From Flavobacteriales bacterium (GTDB lineage: Bacteria; Bacteroidota; Bacteroidia; UBA10329), in the NCBI GenBank assembly GCA_049608805.1, contig JBMYXX010000001.1:1-45162 (forward strand): DNA of 45,162 bases. The letters run 5' to 3'. Shown piece after piece: positions 26,825 through 35,064 of the stretch. Made by a program: the position numbers and the translations under genes. The notes beneath the pieces were generated by a model that saw nothing but the letters and a program-made list of their open reading frames with translations, was not told the DNA's origin and ran no database searches. How positions within the stretch are numbered: position 1 is the stretch's first letter; each line of letters opens with the position of its first letter.

Positions 26825-26852
26825 AAGGGCGGCCAATTGGCCGCCCTTTTTT
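26825..26852. terminator. Bidirectional rho-independent terminator between convergent giant genes
   Basis: aagggcggcc-aatt-ggccgccctt followed by tttttt. This is a GC-rich 10-bp stem, A-rich on the 5' side and T-rich on the 3' side. It sits in the 61-bp gap between the stops at 26802 and 26864. Confidence 0.85.
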
Positions 26853-26863
26853 GTTGCTAATGT

Positions 26864-29800
26864 TTACTGTTTGGTTTTAATCACCTTTTTGAACAGAATA
26901 TCTGTACCAGAAAACACCTGAATGTAATAAATGCCACTGGCCCATTCCGTTGTGTTTAGCGTAGCAGATTGTGCTGTAAACTCTCTGTCAATAAGCGTTT
27001 TTCCACCCATGTCCATCACCTTTAAACGTTCAATGTTCTTCTCAGAATAAACGCTTAGCTGATTGTTAAATGGATTAGGCTGAATTGAGAAATTATTGGT
27101 CAATTCTTGAATGCCAACTGCAATCCATTCAAAACCTTCAGATATAGAAGCACAACCGTTTTCATCCGTTATCTCCACCGAATAACTTCCAGTAGCTATC
27201 GGTGTTAAACTCATTTGATTTTCACCATTAATTGGCAAGCCGTTTAAGTACCATTGGTAGGTTGCGGCCGTGGTTGAAGTAAGCTGAGAACCGTCTAGCG
27301 TAATTTCTGGCTGACTAGCCGTATTTACATCAACAGTAATTTGGCCTGTAGCGTCACCACATACGTTAGAAGCGGTTACCGAATATGTGGTTTCAACTGT
27401 TGGATTGACCAAGATGTCAGCGGTAGTTTCTCCGCCAGGCGACCATAAATAAGATTCAACATCTGTTGCTTCTGTAGTAATTGAAACCGACCCTCCATCA
27501 CAGACAGAATTTTCACCTGCAACGCTCACCGTTGGATTTGGGTTGATGGTTGCAATCACCTCGGTTCTGGCGGTGGAGCAACCTTCTTTTTGAACTTCCC
27601 AATCGTAGAAAAAGTAGTAGAAATCGTTACCAGCTGTGCTGGATGTAATGGATAGTAAACCAGGAATGTTGTAAGGGTAATCTGGCCCAGAATTGTTGCG
27701 ATAAAGGTTTGGTCCAGCAGAAGTGCCGAGTTGTAAATTCGTTCCTGTTGGAAGGTTGAAATTGAGTTCAACTCTACTTTCTCCATCAGGAATGTTTACC
27801 GTGGCATTTTCAATTACTGTCCCGGTAGCATCGCGTAATTCAATGGTTCGGTTTCCTGCACCCTCAGCATATACTTTTACTGAAACCAAGGTTACTGGCT
27901 CGTAGCAATCAAACAACAAACTTTGAACGTTATTGAAGGCACTTCCCGTTCCAAAATTATTGTCTGGTGCGCCTCCAAATTGTGGCGCTGGGGCAATTTC
28001 GCATTCCACAAAATAGGATGTGGTTGTGCTGATGGATGGTGTAGTAAAATTGGTTCCCGTATTCACTAACGTTCCGTTTGTGGCAGTATTAAACCAGTTC
28101 AAATCTCCATCGCCAGAGGCGGATAATACCACAGAACCTGTCCCGCACCTTGACGCACCCTGAACAGTAGGACTCGTTCCAATATTGGCAACAACAGGAG
28201 TTCTTTCAGAAATGCAACCAGGTGTTGTAATCTGCCAATCGTAGAAGAAATAGTAGAAATCGTTGCCCGCACTACTGCTAGTTATTGAAACCACATTTGG
28301 CACCGTATAAGGATAACTCGGGCTGTCGTTATTTCTAAATAAATCTGGGTCAGGAGTTGTGCCAAGTTGGTAATCCGTTCCTGGTTGTACCGTGAAGTTT
28401 AGCGTAACGATTTGTTCTCCGTCAGGAATATTTACAGTTGCAGACTGAAGCACATTTCCTGCATTGTCTTTTAGTAAAATGGTTCTGTTTCCTTCGCCTT
28501 GCGCGTAAACTTTAACTGTATTCAGCGTAAATGCTTCAAAACAATCAAACACCAGATGTTGGTCTCCCTGAAAGTTGTCTCCTCCACCAAATGTATTGTC
28601 TGCTGGGCCAACGTTATAAGGTGCAGGAAGCACGGCATCTTCGACATAATAAGTTGTAGTGTTTGGAAGGTTTGGCGTGTTAAAAGTTGGTCCCGTTGCT
28701 AAGGCATTTCCGCCTGTTTGCTCAGAATACCATTGCAATGTTCCTTGGCCACTGGCCGATAAATTCACAGAACCCGCAGAACATAAAAAGCCGTCTGAAG
28801 CAGGAGGCCCGTCAGGTTTGTTTACAGCTATGTAGTTGGTTTGTGAAATCACATCGCTACCATAATTATTGCTTGCCGTAAGCGAAACGGTGTAGGTTCC
28901 TTCACTTGCGTAAGTATGGGTTGGATTTTGGTCTGTGGAGGTGTTTCCATCACCAAAATTCCACAACCAACCAGTTGCTCCATTAATGGATAAATCTGAA
29001 AAGCTCACCAGCCCACTGCATGAAATTGTTGGGCCACCAACAAAATTCGCTGTTGGGGCAGAGGTAGGCTGCTCGCACTCCCACGTTAAGGCAAACCCAG
29101 ATTCACTTACCATAATATCTGAAGTTTGCCTGATGGTAATTGCGCCTCCGGTTGATGTAACTGTTCCGCCATTTGGCAGCGCAAAACCATCGTATTGCCC
29201 AATCAACGGACTTGCGGTAGTTGGGCCATCATAGAGGTAGATGTAGTCGTAGGTTTCTTCATAGCCAAACGAACTAAAATTGAGCGTTACCGATGTTGCT
29301 CCAACAGGAGAAATGGTGGTGGTAACATCTGTGTTATCAGCATAATTGCTGCTTGGACCACCGCTATCGTAAAGCGTACCTGTGCACCAAGTAAGCGTTT
29401 GAGAACCGTTAGTTGGCATTAATCCCGTACACGGATTGTTGGGGTTGATGCTCACAAAATCAACAATAGAATCTGTTTCGGTTCCGCAATTTCCGCCATC
29501 TACAAAAAGTGAAACGGTGTAGTTACCAAAACTGGTGTAGGTGTGAGAAGGATGTACGTCTGTGCTTGTTTGCCCATCGCCAAAACTCCAGAGATAAGAA
29601 GAGCCATTGTTACTTTGGTTATCAAAGTTTACGGTAAACGGAGCCTCGCAGGCAACGTTAATGTCCGCAGAAAAATCAGCGCTAACAGTTGGGTTAAACT
29701 CATCTCCAACACCAACCGCATACCAAGCATCTGTACATGCAATTACCTGCGGAGAACATCCGCCAAACAAATCAATTGCCGATTGGATGGCGTAAAAACG

Positions 29801-31357
29801 AGCATCATCATACTCAGATGTTTGGCCGAGGTAAACGGTCAAGTTTCGGTAGGCAATGGCCTGCGCATCGGCCAAGCCAATTCCGGTTACGTTGTACGTG
29901 TTACCAATATCGTTGGTGCCATTTTCGCCTTCTACCAAAATGTAAAACCACTTGTTCTGAACACCACTGTTTATGTGCACACCACCGTTATCTCCCGCTC
30001 CGGTAAACCAATTTGTGCCTTGGTAAGTGTCTGGGTCGCCAAACTGATTTGGGTTGCTCATCGAGCGCAGTGTGCCAACATCTTCGCCCATAAGCCAATC
30101 TCCAGAACTCGGATTGGCAATAAACTCTACTGCTGCGCCAAAAATATCTGAGAACGATTCGTTAAGCGCTCCCGGCTCATCTTGATACACAAGATTGGCT
30201 GCGTTTTCTGTTACGCCATGACTCATTTCGTGGCCGCAAATATCCAAGGCAGTAAGCGGGTTTCCATTGCCGTCACCGTAGGTCATTCTCAGCCCATCCC
30301 AAAACGCATTAAAATAGTTTTGGTCAAAGTGGATGTAGCTGTTAATCTGCATGTTATTGTTGTCAATTCCGTTGCGGCCATGCTGATTTAGAAAGTAATC
30401 GTAGGTCATTTCGGCACCCCAATGTGCATCTGTTGCGTATTGGTCAAACGTGGCGTTTGCATTATTCCAGTTGTTATCGTTGTCGGTAAAATCTACCGCA
30501 TTTCCGTAGTCGGTGCCTTCGTTCATGTCAAAGGTTCGAACACCATTTCCGCGTCCTGCTTCGCGAAGTCGAAACCCACCATTGTTACTATCTGTGGTTA
30601 TGGTTTGCGTGCCGCTGTAACCAGTTTGAGCCGTTCCTGGCACATCTGCCGAACAAATTCGATCATTCTGAAAAAGTACACTTCCAGTTTCTGCATCTAC
30701 AAAAACCTCATACCGCCCAACTGGTTTGTGTGCGTATATGTCAAACTTGTAGGCAAGCCTAAATGCTTCTGGTTTGGAGAATTCAAAAGTTGGGTCGATA
30801 TAGACCAAATTGGCCTTTGGGAAATAGGTGGCGTCTGGGTTTTCTGTTTCCCATTTTAGATGGTTTTCTTCGCCAGAAAGTTCCCATTTGTAGGATGCTG
30901 CGCCAACGTGGTTTTTGGCCAATTCAAGCGCAGAAAGCTCATCTAAACCAACGGTTTTAGACGGAATGTTTACTGGGATTCTCCCGTTTAAAGAAGTAAC
31001 CAAATCGTTTGAGCCATGGGCAAAAGCAAAAGCACCGTAAACCTCAATTCCGTTCTTGGTTATCTGATAGCGCTGGTGCTGAAAACCCAACTTATCGGTT
31101 TCATGTCGTAAGAGTTTGAGCTGAATTCCATCGCCAAGATTGAATGCTTTTTTTGCCCAATCGGGGAATTTGGATGATGGAAACTGAGCCGATTCTTTCA
31201 GCTTCACAAAACTGGGAATTGTAGCCCCGGGCTCCATTCTAACCATCTCGCTTGCGGCCAAAATATTTTTGTTTGGATTGTGTGGAGCCGTTTGGCCAAA
31301 AACGACTGGCAAAAGCAAGGAAAATAATGGGAGAAGTATGAATAAGCGTCTTAACAT
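26864..31357 (-). CDS. T9SS-secreted thermolysin-family (M4) zinc metalloprotease with PKD, CUB-like and duplicated beta-sandwich modules
   Basis: Signal peptide MLRRLFILLPLFSLLLPVVFGQ, with an FTP/PepSY-like propeptide. The HEMSH zinc motif lies at nt 30218-30232. GALNESFSD provides the third ligand, and GGVHINSGV is a thermolysin hallmark. Two PKD domains are present (FGDGQTSTDVHPSHTYTSFGNYTVSL and FGDGNTSTDQNPTHTYASEGTYTVSL). T9SS CTD: FSIQPNPFNNQLSVYS...GIYYIQV. Confidence 0.9.
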   Translation of the reverse strand: MLRRLFILLPLFSLLLPVVFGQTAPHNPNKNILAASEMVRMEPGATIPSFVKLKESAQFPSSKFPDWAKKAFNLGDGIQLKLLRHETDKLGFQHQRYQITKNGIEVYGAFAFAHGSNDLVTSLNGRIPVNIPSKTVGLDELSALELAKNHVGAASYKWELSGEENHLKWETENPDATYFPKANLVYIDPTFEFSKPEAFRLAYKFDIYAHKPVGRYEVFVDAETGSVLFQNDRICSADVPGTAQTGYSGTQTITTDSNNGGFRLREAGRGNGVRTFDMNEGTDYGNAVDFTDNDNNWNNANATFDQYATDAHWGAEMTYDYFLNQHGRNGIDNNNMQINSYIHFDQNYFNAFWDGLRMTYGDGNGNPLTALDICGHEMSHGVTENAANLVYQDEPGALNESFSDIFGAAVEFIANPSSGDWLMGEDVGTLRSMSNPNQFGDPDTYQGTNWFTGAGDNGGVHINSGVQNKWFYILVEGENGTNDIGNTYNVTGIGLADAQAIAYRNLTVYLGQTSEYDDARFYAIQSAIDLFGGCSPQVIACTDAWYAVGVGDEFNPTVSADFSADINVACEAPFTVNFDNQSNNGSSYLWSFGDGQTSTDVHPSHTYTSFGNYTVSLFVDGGNCGTETDSIVDFVSINPNNPCTGLMPTNGSQTLTWCTGTLYDSGGPSSNYADNTDVTTTISPVGATSVTLNFSSFGYEETYDYIYLYDGPTTASPLIGQYDGFALPNGGTVTSTGGAITIRQTSDIMVSESGFALTWECEQPTSAPTANFVGGPTISCSGLVSFSDLSINGATGWLWNFGDGNTSTDQNPTHTYASEGTYTVSLTASNNYGSDVISQTNYIAVNKPDGPPASDGFLCSAGSVNLSASGQGTLQWYSEQTGGNALATGPTFNTPNLPNTTTYYVEDAVLPAPYNVGPADNTFGGGDNFQGDQHLVFDCFEAFTLNTVKVYAQGEGNRTILLKDNAGNVLQSATVNIPDGEQIVTLNFTVQPGTDYQLGTTPDPDLFRNNDSPSYPYTVPNVVSITSSSAGNDFYYFFYDWQITTPGCISERTPVVANIGTSPTVQGASRCGTGSVVLSASGDGDLNWFNTATNGTLVNTGTNFTTPSISTTTSYFVECEIAPAPQFGGAPDNNFGTGSAFNNVQSLLFDCYEPVTLVSVKVYAEGAGNRTIELRDATGTVIENATVNIPDGESRVELNFNLPTGTNLQLGTSAGPNLYRNNSGPDYPYNIPGLLSITSSTAGNDFYYFFYDWEVQKEGCSTARTEVIATINPNPTVSVAGENSVCDGGSVSITTEATDVESYLWSPGGETTADILVNPTVETTYSVTASNVCGDATGQITVDVNTASQPEITLDGSQLTSTTAATYQWYLNGLPINGENQMSLTPIATGSYSVEITDENGCASISEGFEWIAVGIQELTNNFSIQPNPFNNQLSVYSEKNIERLKVMDMGGKTLIDREFTAQSATLNTTEWASGIYYIQVFSGTDILFKKVIKTKQ
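27542..28807 (-). repeat. Tandem internal duplication (~210 aa x2) within the M4 protease gene
   Basis: Residues ~851-1060 and ~1061-1272 share the motifs LSASG.G.L.W, TT.Y(Y/F)VE, FDC(F/Y)E, VKVYA.G.GNRTI.L.D, ATVNIPDGE and ITSS.AGNDFYYFFYDW. Confidence 0.8.
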
Positions 31358-31474
31358 TAATATGTTCTGAGTTCGAATGCTGTAAGATTACAACTTACGT
31401 GTGTTTATGTTCGTCAGGTTTTTGTCTAACCATCGATTTATCAACCTGATTACCTTTGGGCAACTTCAACCAAC

Positions 31475-32530
31475 ATGTCTAGCTACAAACGCGAGTTAAA
31501 ACCGGCACCAAATCAACTCTACGGAGAAAGCGGATTTGAGTTCGGCTCTTTCGATAAACCGATTCAGAACCCAAACCTGATTGATGCACAACGACCTTAT
31601 AAGCTGCCGCTGCCCAGAGGATTAAAATGGATGCAGCTGCGCGAATGGCAGGCATTTCAGATGAGTAACGGAACCCATTTTGTGATGGTGGCCATTTACA
31701 ACGCCAAGAAAATATCGTTGGTTCAGTTTATCGTTTACGATATCATCAACAACAAGAAATACCGCTACGAGAAGAAGGTGGCGCCTTGGTCGCTTGATGT
31801 TGCTACCGGGTTATTCGAAACAGAATCGAGCTATTTGAGCAAGAACTTTTCGCTTGTTGCTAAGCACGATTTGAACAAAAACTCATTGGAGCTCACCGCA
31901 TCAATCCGCAATCAGAAAGACTTGCCAGATGTTGAGGCAAAATTTACTGCTACGCATGATGTAAAGCGTTACGAACCAATGGTGGTTTGCATGCCGTTTT
32001 CGAAGAAGCGAGCCATGTATTCGCATAAATGTTTGATGCCGCTTTCTGGTAGCATTCAGTTTGGGAAAGACGTAATTCCGTTCCCAGAAAAGATTAGTCA
32101 ACTCATACTAGACGACCACAAAGGTTATTATCCGTACCCAACTATTTATGATTGGGGAACCGGAATTGGCCGCGATTCTGAAGGAAAACTCATCGGCTTT
32201 AACCTTACCGATAATCAGGTTCTAGACCACGAAACGAACAACGAAAATTGTTTGTGGCACGATGGCAAATTGAGTGTGCTTCCGCCTATCAAATTCAAAC
32301 GGCCAGAAGGCTACAAAGGCACGTGGTTTGTCAAGGATAATTACGGGAAAGTTGACCTAGAATTCCGACCAGTAATTCATACTGCGGTAGATGTAAATGC
32401 GCTCATTCTAAGAAGCAAATACCAAGGTCCGTACGGATTCTTCAATGGTTTTATTAAAAACCGAGATGGAGAAAAAGTGGAGATAAAAGAACTCTTTGGG
32501 ATGGGAGAAGATTTCTACCTGAGAGCATAA
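31475..32530 (+). CDS. DUF2804-like protein (no signal peptide)
   Basis: 351 aa. The pattern recalled for the DUF2804 family is present: an N-terminal KLPLPRGLKWMQLREWQAFQMSNGTHFVMVAIYNAKKISLVQFIVYD segment and a C-terminal YQGPYGFFNGFIKNRDGEKVEIKELFGMGEDFYLRA segment. The assignment is from memory, not from a search. Confidence 0.55.
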   Translation: MSSYKRELKPAPNQLYGESGFEFGSFDKPIQNPNLIDAQRPYKLPLPRGLKWMQLREWQAFQMSNGTHFVMVAIYNAKKISLVQFIVYDIINNKKYRYEKKVAPWSLDVATGLFETESSYLSKNFSLVAKHDLNKNSLELTASIRNQKDLPDVEAKFTATHDVKRYEPMVVCMPFSKKRAMYSHKCLMPLSGSIQFGKDVIPFPEKISQLILDDHKGYYPYPTIYDWGTGIGRDSEGKLIGFNLTDNQVLDHETNNENCLWHDGKLSVLPPIKFKRPEGYKGTWFVKDNYGKVDLEFRPVIHTAVDVNALILRSKYQGPYGFFNGFIKNRDGEKVEIKELFGMGEDFYLRA

Positions 32531-33624
32531 TGGCATCGTTGGTAAACAACATATTAGACAAGCTACTTTCTGTGGCTTGGCGGCTGTTGGATTTGCCGAT
32601 TTACGCCCTCATAATGCTTGCGGCATTGTTGTTTTTGCCTACTCTTTTTTTGTGGGTAAAACTGGTGCGTAAAAAGAGCCAAGTTGGTTTTAAAACTATG
32701 GTGTTTGCTTTGCTCGGATTGGTAATTCCGATGGCGCTTATTGTTGATTTTAAGTTGAAGTCTCATCAATCGGAAGTGGAGATTCTGAGCCAGAAATACA
32801 TGAACGCTTTAAATGCTGAAACGGCTCTCGTTCCGGCTGAAAAAATCATCTCACCAACTTCAAAAACGTACTTAGATGGCTACATGGATAGCCTCAAAGT
32901 TTGGGAACGTTCTATTCATGAAGCCATCACGCTAGTAACGTTTAAAAAGGAGGCGCCAAAAGCATCGTTTTTTCTGGCTGTAGTTGATTTAACCTACCCT
33001 GGGCTAGAGCCAAAAATCACTTCAGAATACACAGAGTTAAAAACACTAACCAGCAATTTCGCGAAAGCAAATGATTGCATATTGGCCGTAAACGGAGAGG
33101 CTGGAGATGGTATTTTTCAGAATTCTGGTTATGGAGAATGGGTAGGAAATTGGGTTTCTGATGGGAATGCAATTACGCTTTTAGATACAGATCAGCGCCC
33201 ATTTCTTTCGTTTGATAAGTACAATAAAGCCACATATTCTCCAGAAAATGAAGTTGTAAAAGAGTACACGGAGAAGATGTACAACACTATTTGGGGGCGT
33301 TGGGATTTGTTGGTTAATGGTGAATTTCCTGAGTTTGAAAACCAGCGTGTTTACGCGCAATGCGTGATGGGAATTGATGAGCCGGGAGACAAACTTTACC
33401 TGCTAATTGTTGATGGAAAAAGGCAGGAATACAGCCAAGGTTTGAACTTTGAAGAATGTGCTAGACTGCTTAAAGAATTGGGCTGCTATAATGCCATGGC
33501 TTGCGATCAGGGCGGCTCGGTTTGCATGTATGTAGAACCGATGAAAGGTATTGTTAATCGCCCAGCGGATAATGATGGTGATGAGCGCGTGGTTTACACT
33601 CATTTTGGAATTAAGGTACCATGA
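32530..33624 (+). CDS. Membrane-anchored phosphodiester glycosidase (NAGPA / DUF2233) family protein
   Basis: Two N-terminal TM segments (IYALIMLAALLFLPTLFLWVKLV and MVFALLGLVIPMALIVDF). NAGPA-type core: CILAVNGEAGD...LYLLIVDGKRQEYSQGLNFEECARLLKELGCYNAMACDQGGSVCMY. The start codon overlaps the upstream stop (TAATG at 32528-32532). Confidence 0.75.
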   Translation: MASLVNNILDKLLSVAWRLLDLPIYALIMLAALLFLPTLFLWVKLVRKKSQVGFKTMVFALLGLVIPMALIVDFKLKSHQSEVEILSQKYMNALNAETALVPAEKIISPTSKTYLDGYMDSLKVWERSIHEAITLVTFKKEAPKASFFLAVVDLTYPGLEPKITSEYTELKTLTSNFAKANDCILAVNGEAGDGIFQNSGYGEWVGNWVSDGNAITLLDTDQRPFLSFDKYNKATYSPENEVVKEYTEKMYNTIWGRWDLLVNGEFPEFENQRVYAQCVMGIDEPGDKLYLLIVDGKRQEYSQGLNFEECARLLKELGCYNAMACDQGGSVCMYVEPMKGIVNRPADNDGDERVVYTHFGIKVP

Positions 33625-35015
33625 AAAACAAGCTGTTTTTAGCTCTAGGAGCTGCGTTACTTCTTTCCGCTTGCGATACAGAATTGCGAGAGATTATTGT
33701 TTCTGGCGAAGCGTTAGAGTTTAAAACTGACTCAACTTTTGATGTTGAATATTTGGTGTCGCGAATGCCGATTGTAATGCTTGAAACGGACGGTCGAGAG
33801 ATTCTAGATGAACCTAGAATTATTGCCAAAATGGGAATTGTTGACAACGGTAAAGAACGCTATAACGGAAACTGGAATAAGTACACGGATTTTGAGGGAA
33901 AGGTGAGCATTGAAAGACGCGGTTTTACTTCTCAGAACTTCCCAAAATTGCAATATGCGTTTGAGACTATTGGAGAAGACAGTCTTCCGGAAAACGTTGA
34001 GTTACTGGGTTTTCCGATGGAGAACGATTGGATTTTGCATGCACCATACAGCGATAAATCTCTGATTAGAAATGTGCTGATTTACAACTGGTGGGAAGAG
34101 TTGGGCCACTATGCTTCGCGAACCAAGTTTTGCGAACTATTGCTCAATGGCGAGTACCGAGGCGTATATATTTTAATGGAGCAAATTAAATGGGATAAAG
34201 GCCGCGTTGACATTACCAAAATTGATTTAGACGATAACGCTGGCGATTCTCTAACGGGCGGTTACATCATTAAAATTGACAAGCCAATTGGTGGCGATGG
34301 CGAGTATGATTGGACAACATCTATCGACACATTTCAAAATGTAAAAACAAATGTTTCATTTCAGTATGACTATCCAAATGACGATGAAATTACCGATACG
34401 CAAGCCGATTATATTCAGTCTTACATCAGAGATTTGGAAACAGAATTGGCAGGAGAAACATTTAGTGAAGAAGAAGGGTTTCGGGAATACTTGGACGTAA
34501 ATTCCTTCATAGATTTCTTCATTATTCAGGAATTAGCGCATAATGTAGATGGTTACCGAAGTAGCACTTATCTCCATAAAAAGCGTGATTCCGAAGGAGG
34601 AAAACTGTTTGCTGGGCCCGTTTGGGATTTCAATCTAGCGCTTGGAAACACAACAGGTTGCGATGGCGAAAAAACCGAAGGCTGGGCACTTGACCATCCA
34701 TGCGACCCAACTGTAATTCCGTTTTGGTGGAAGAGAATGAACCAAGATTCTGTTTACAAAAGCCAATTGGTAAACCGTTGGTTTGAATTGCGGAAAGATG
34801 TTTTGAGCAATGAAGATTTACTGAAAGACATTGACGGCCAAGTTGCCGAATTAGGTCATTCGGTTGGTAGAAACTTTACCCGTTGGCCTATTCTTGGAAC
34901 TAAGGTTTGGCCCAACTATTTTGTTGGAGAAACCCACCAGCAAGAGATTGAATACTTGAAAAATTGGCTACTCAAAAGAGTGACTTGGATTGACCAAAAC
35001 ATAGAAAAACTCTAG
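33621..35015 (+). CDS. CotH kinase-family lipoprotein
   Basis: Lipobox MKNKLFLALGAALLLSAC. CotH hallmarks: NDWILHAPYSDKSLIRNVLIYNWW, NGEYRGVYILMEQIKWDKGRVD, DGYRSSTYLHKKRD and GPVWDFNLALGN. The ATGA overlap with the upstream stop lies at 33621-33624. Confidence 0.8.
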   Translation: MKNKLFLALGAALLLSACDTELREIIVSGEALEFKTDSTFDVEYLVSRMPIVMLETDGREILDEPRIIAKMGIVDNGKERYNGNWNKYTDFEGKVSIERRGFTSQNFPKLQYAFETIGEDSLPENVELLGFPMENDWILHAPYSDKSLIRNVLIYNWWEELGHYASRTKFCELLLNGEYRGVYILMEQIKWDKGRVDITKIDLDDNAGDSLTGGYIIKIDKPIGGDGEYDWTTSIDTFQNVKTNVSFQYDYPNDDEITDTQADYIQSYIRDLETELAGETFSEEEGFREYLDVNSFIDFFIIQELAHNVDGYRSSTYLHKKRDSEGGKLFAGPVWDFNLALGNTTGCDGEKTEGWALDHPCDPTVIPFWWKRMNQDSVYKSQLVNRWFELRKDVLSNEDLLKDIDGQVAELGHSVGRNFTRWPILGTKVWPNYFVGETHQQEIEYLKNWLLKRVTWIDQNIEKL

Positions 35016-35064
35016 CGCAACGGTTTAGTAATTTCATGGCTTCCAAAATGTTAACCACTTCAAT

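Noticed and set aside
29543-30151. A 202-aa plus-strand ORF, and other 60-145-aa ORFs, antisense to the M4 protease gene.
   Set aside because: It sits opposite the most conserved part of the thermolysin core (HEMSH, GGVHINSG). The Cys/Arg-rich translation is typical of antisense noise.
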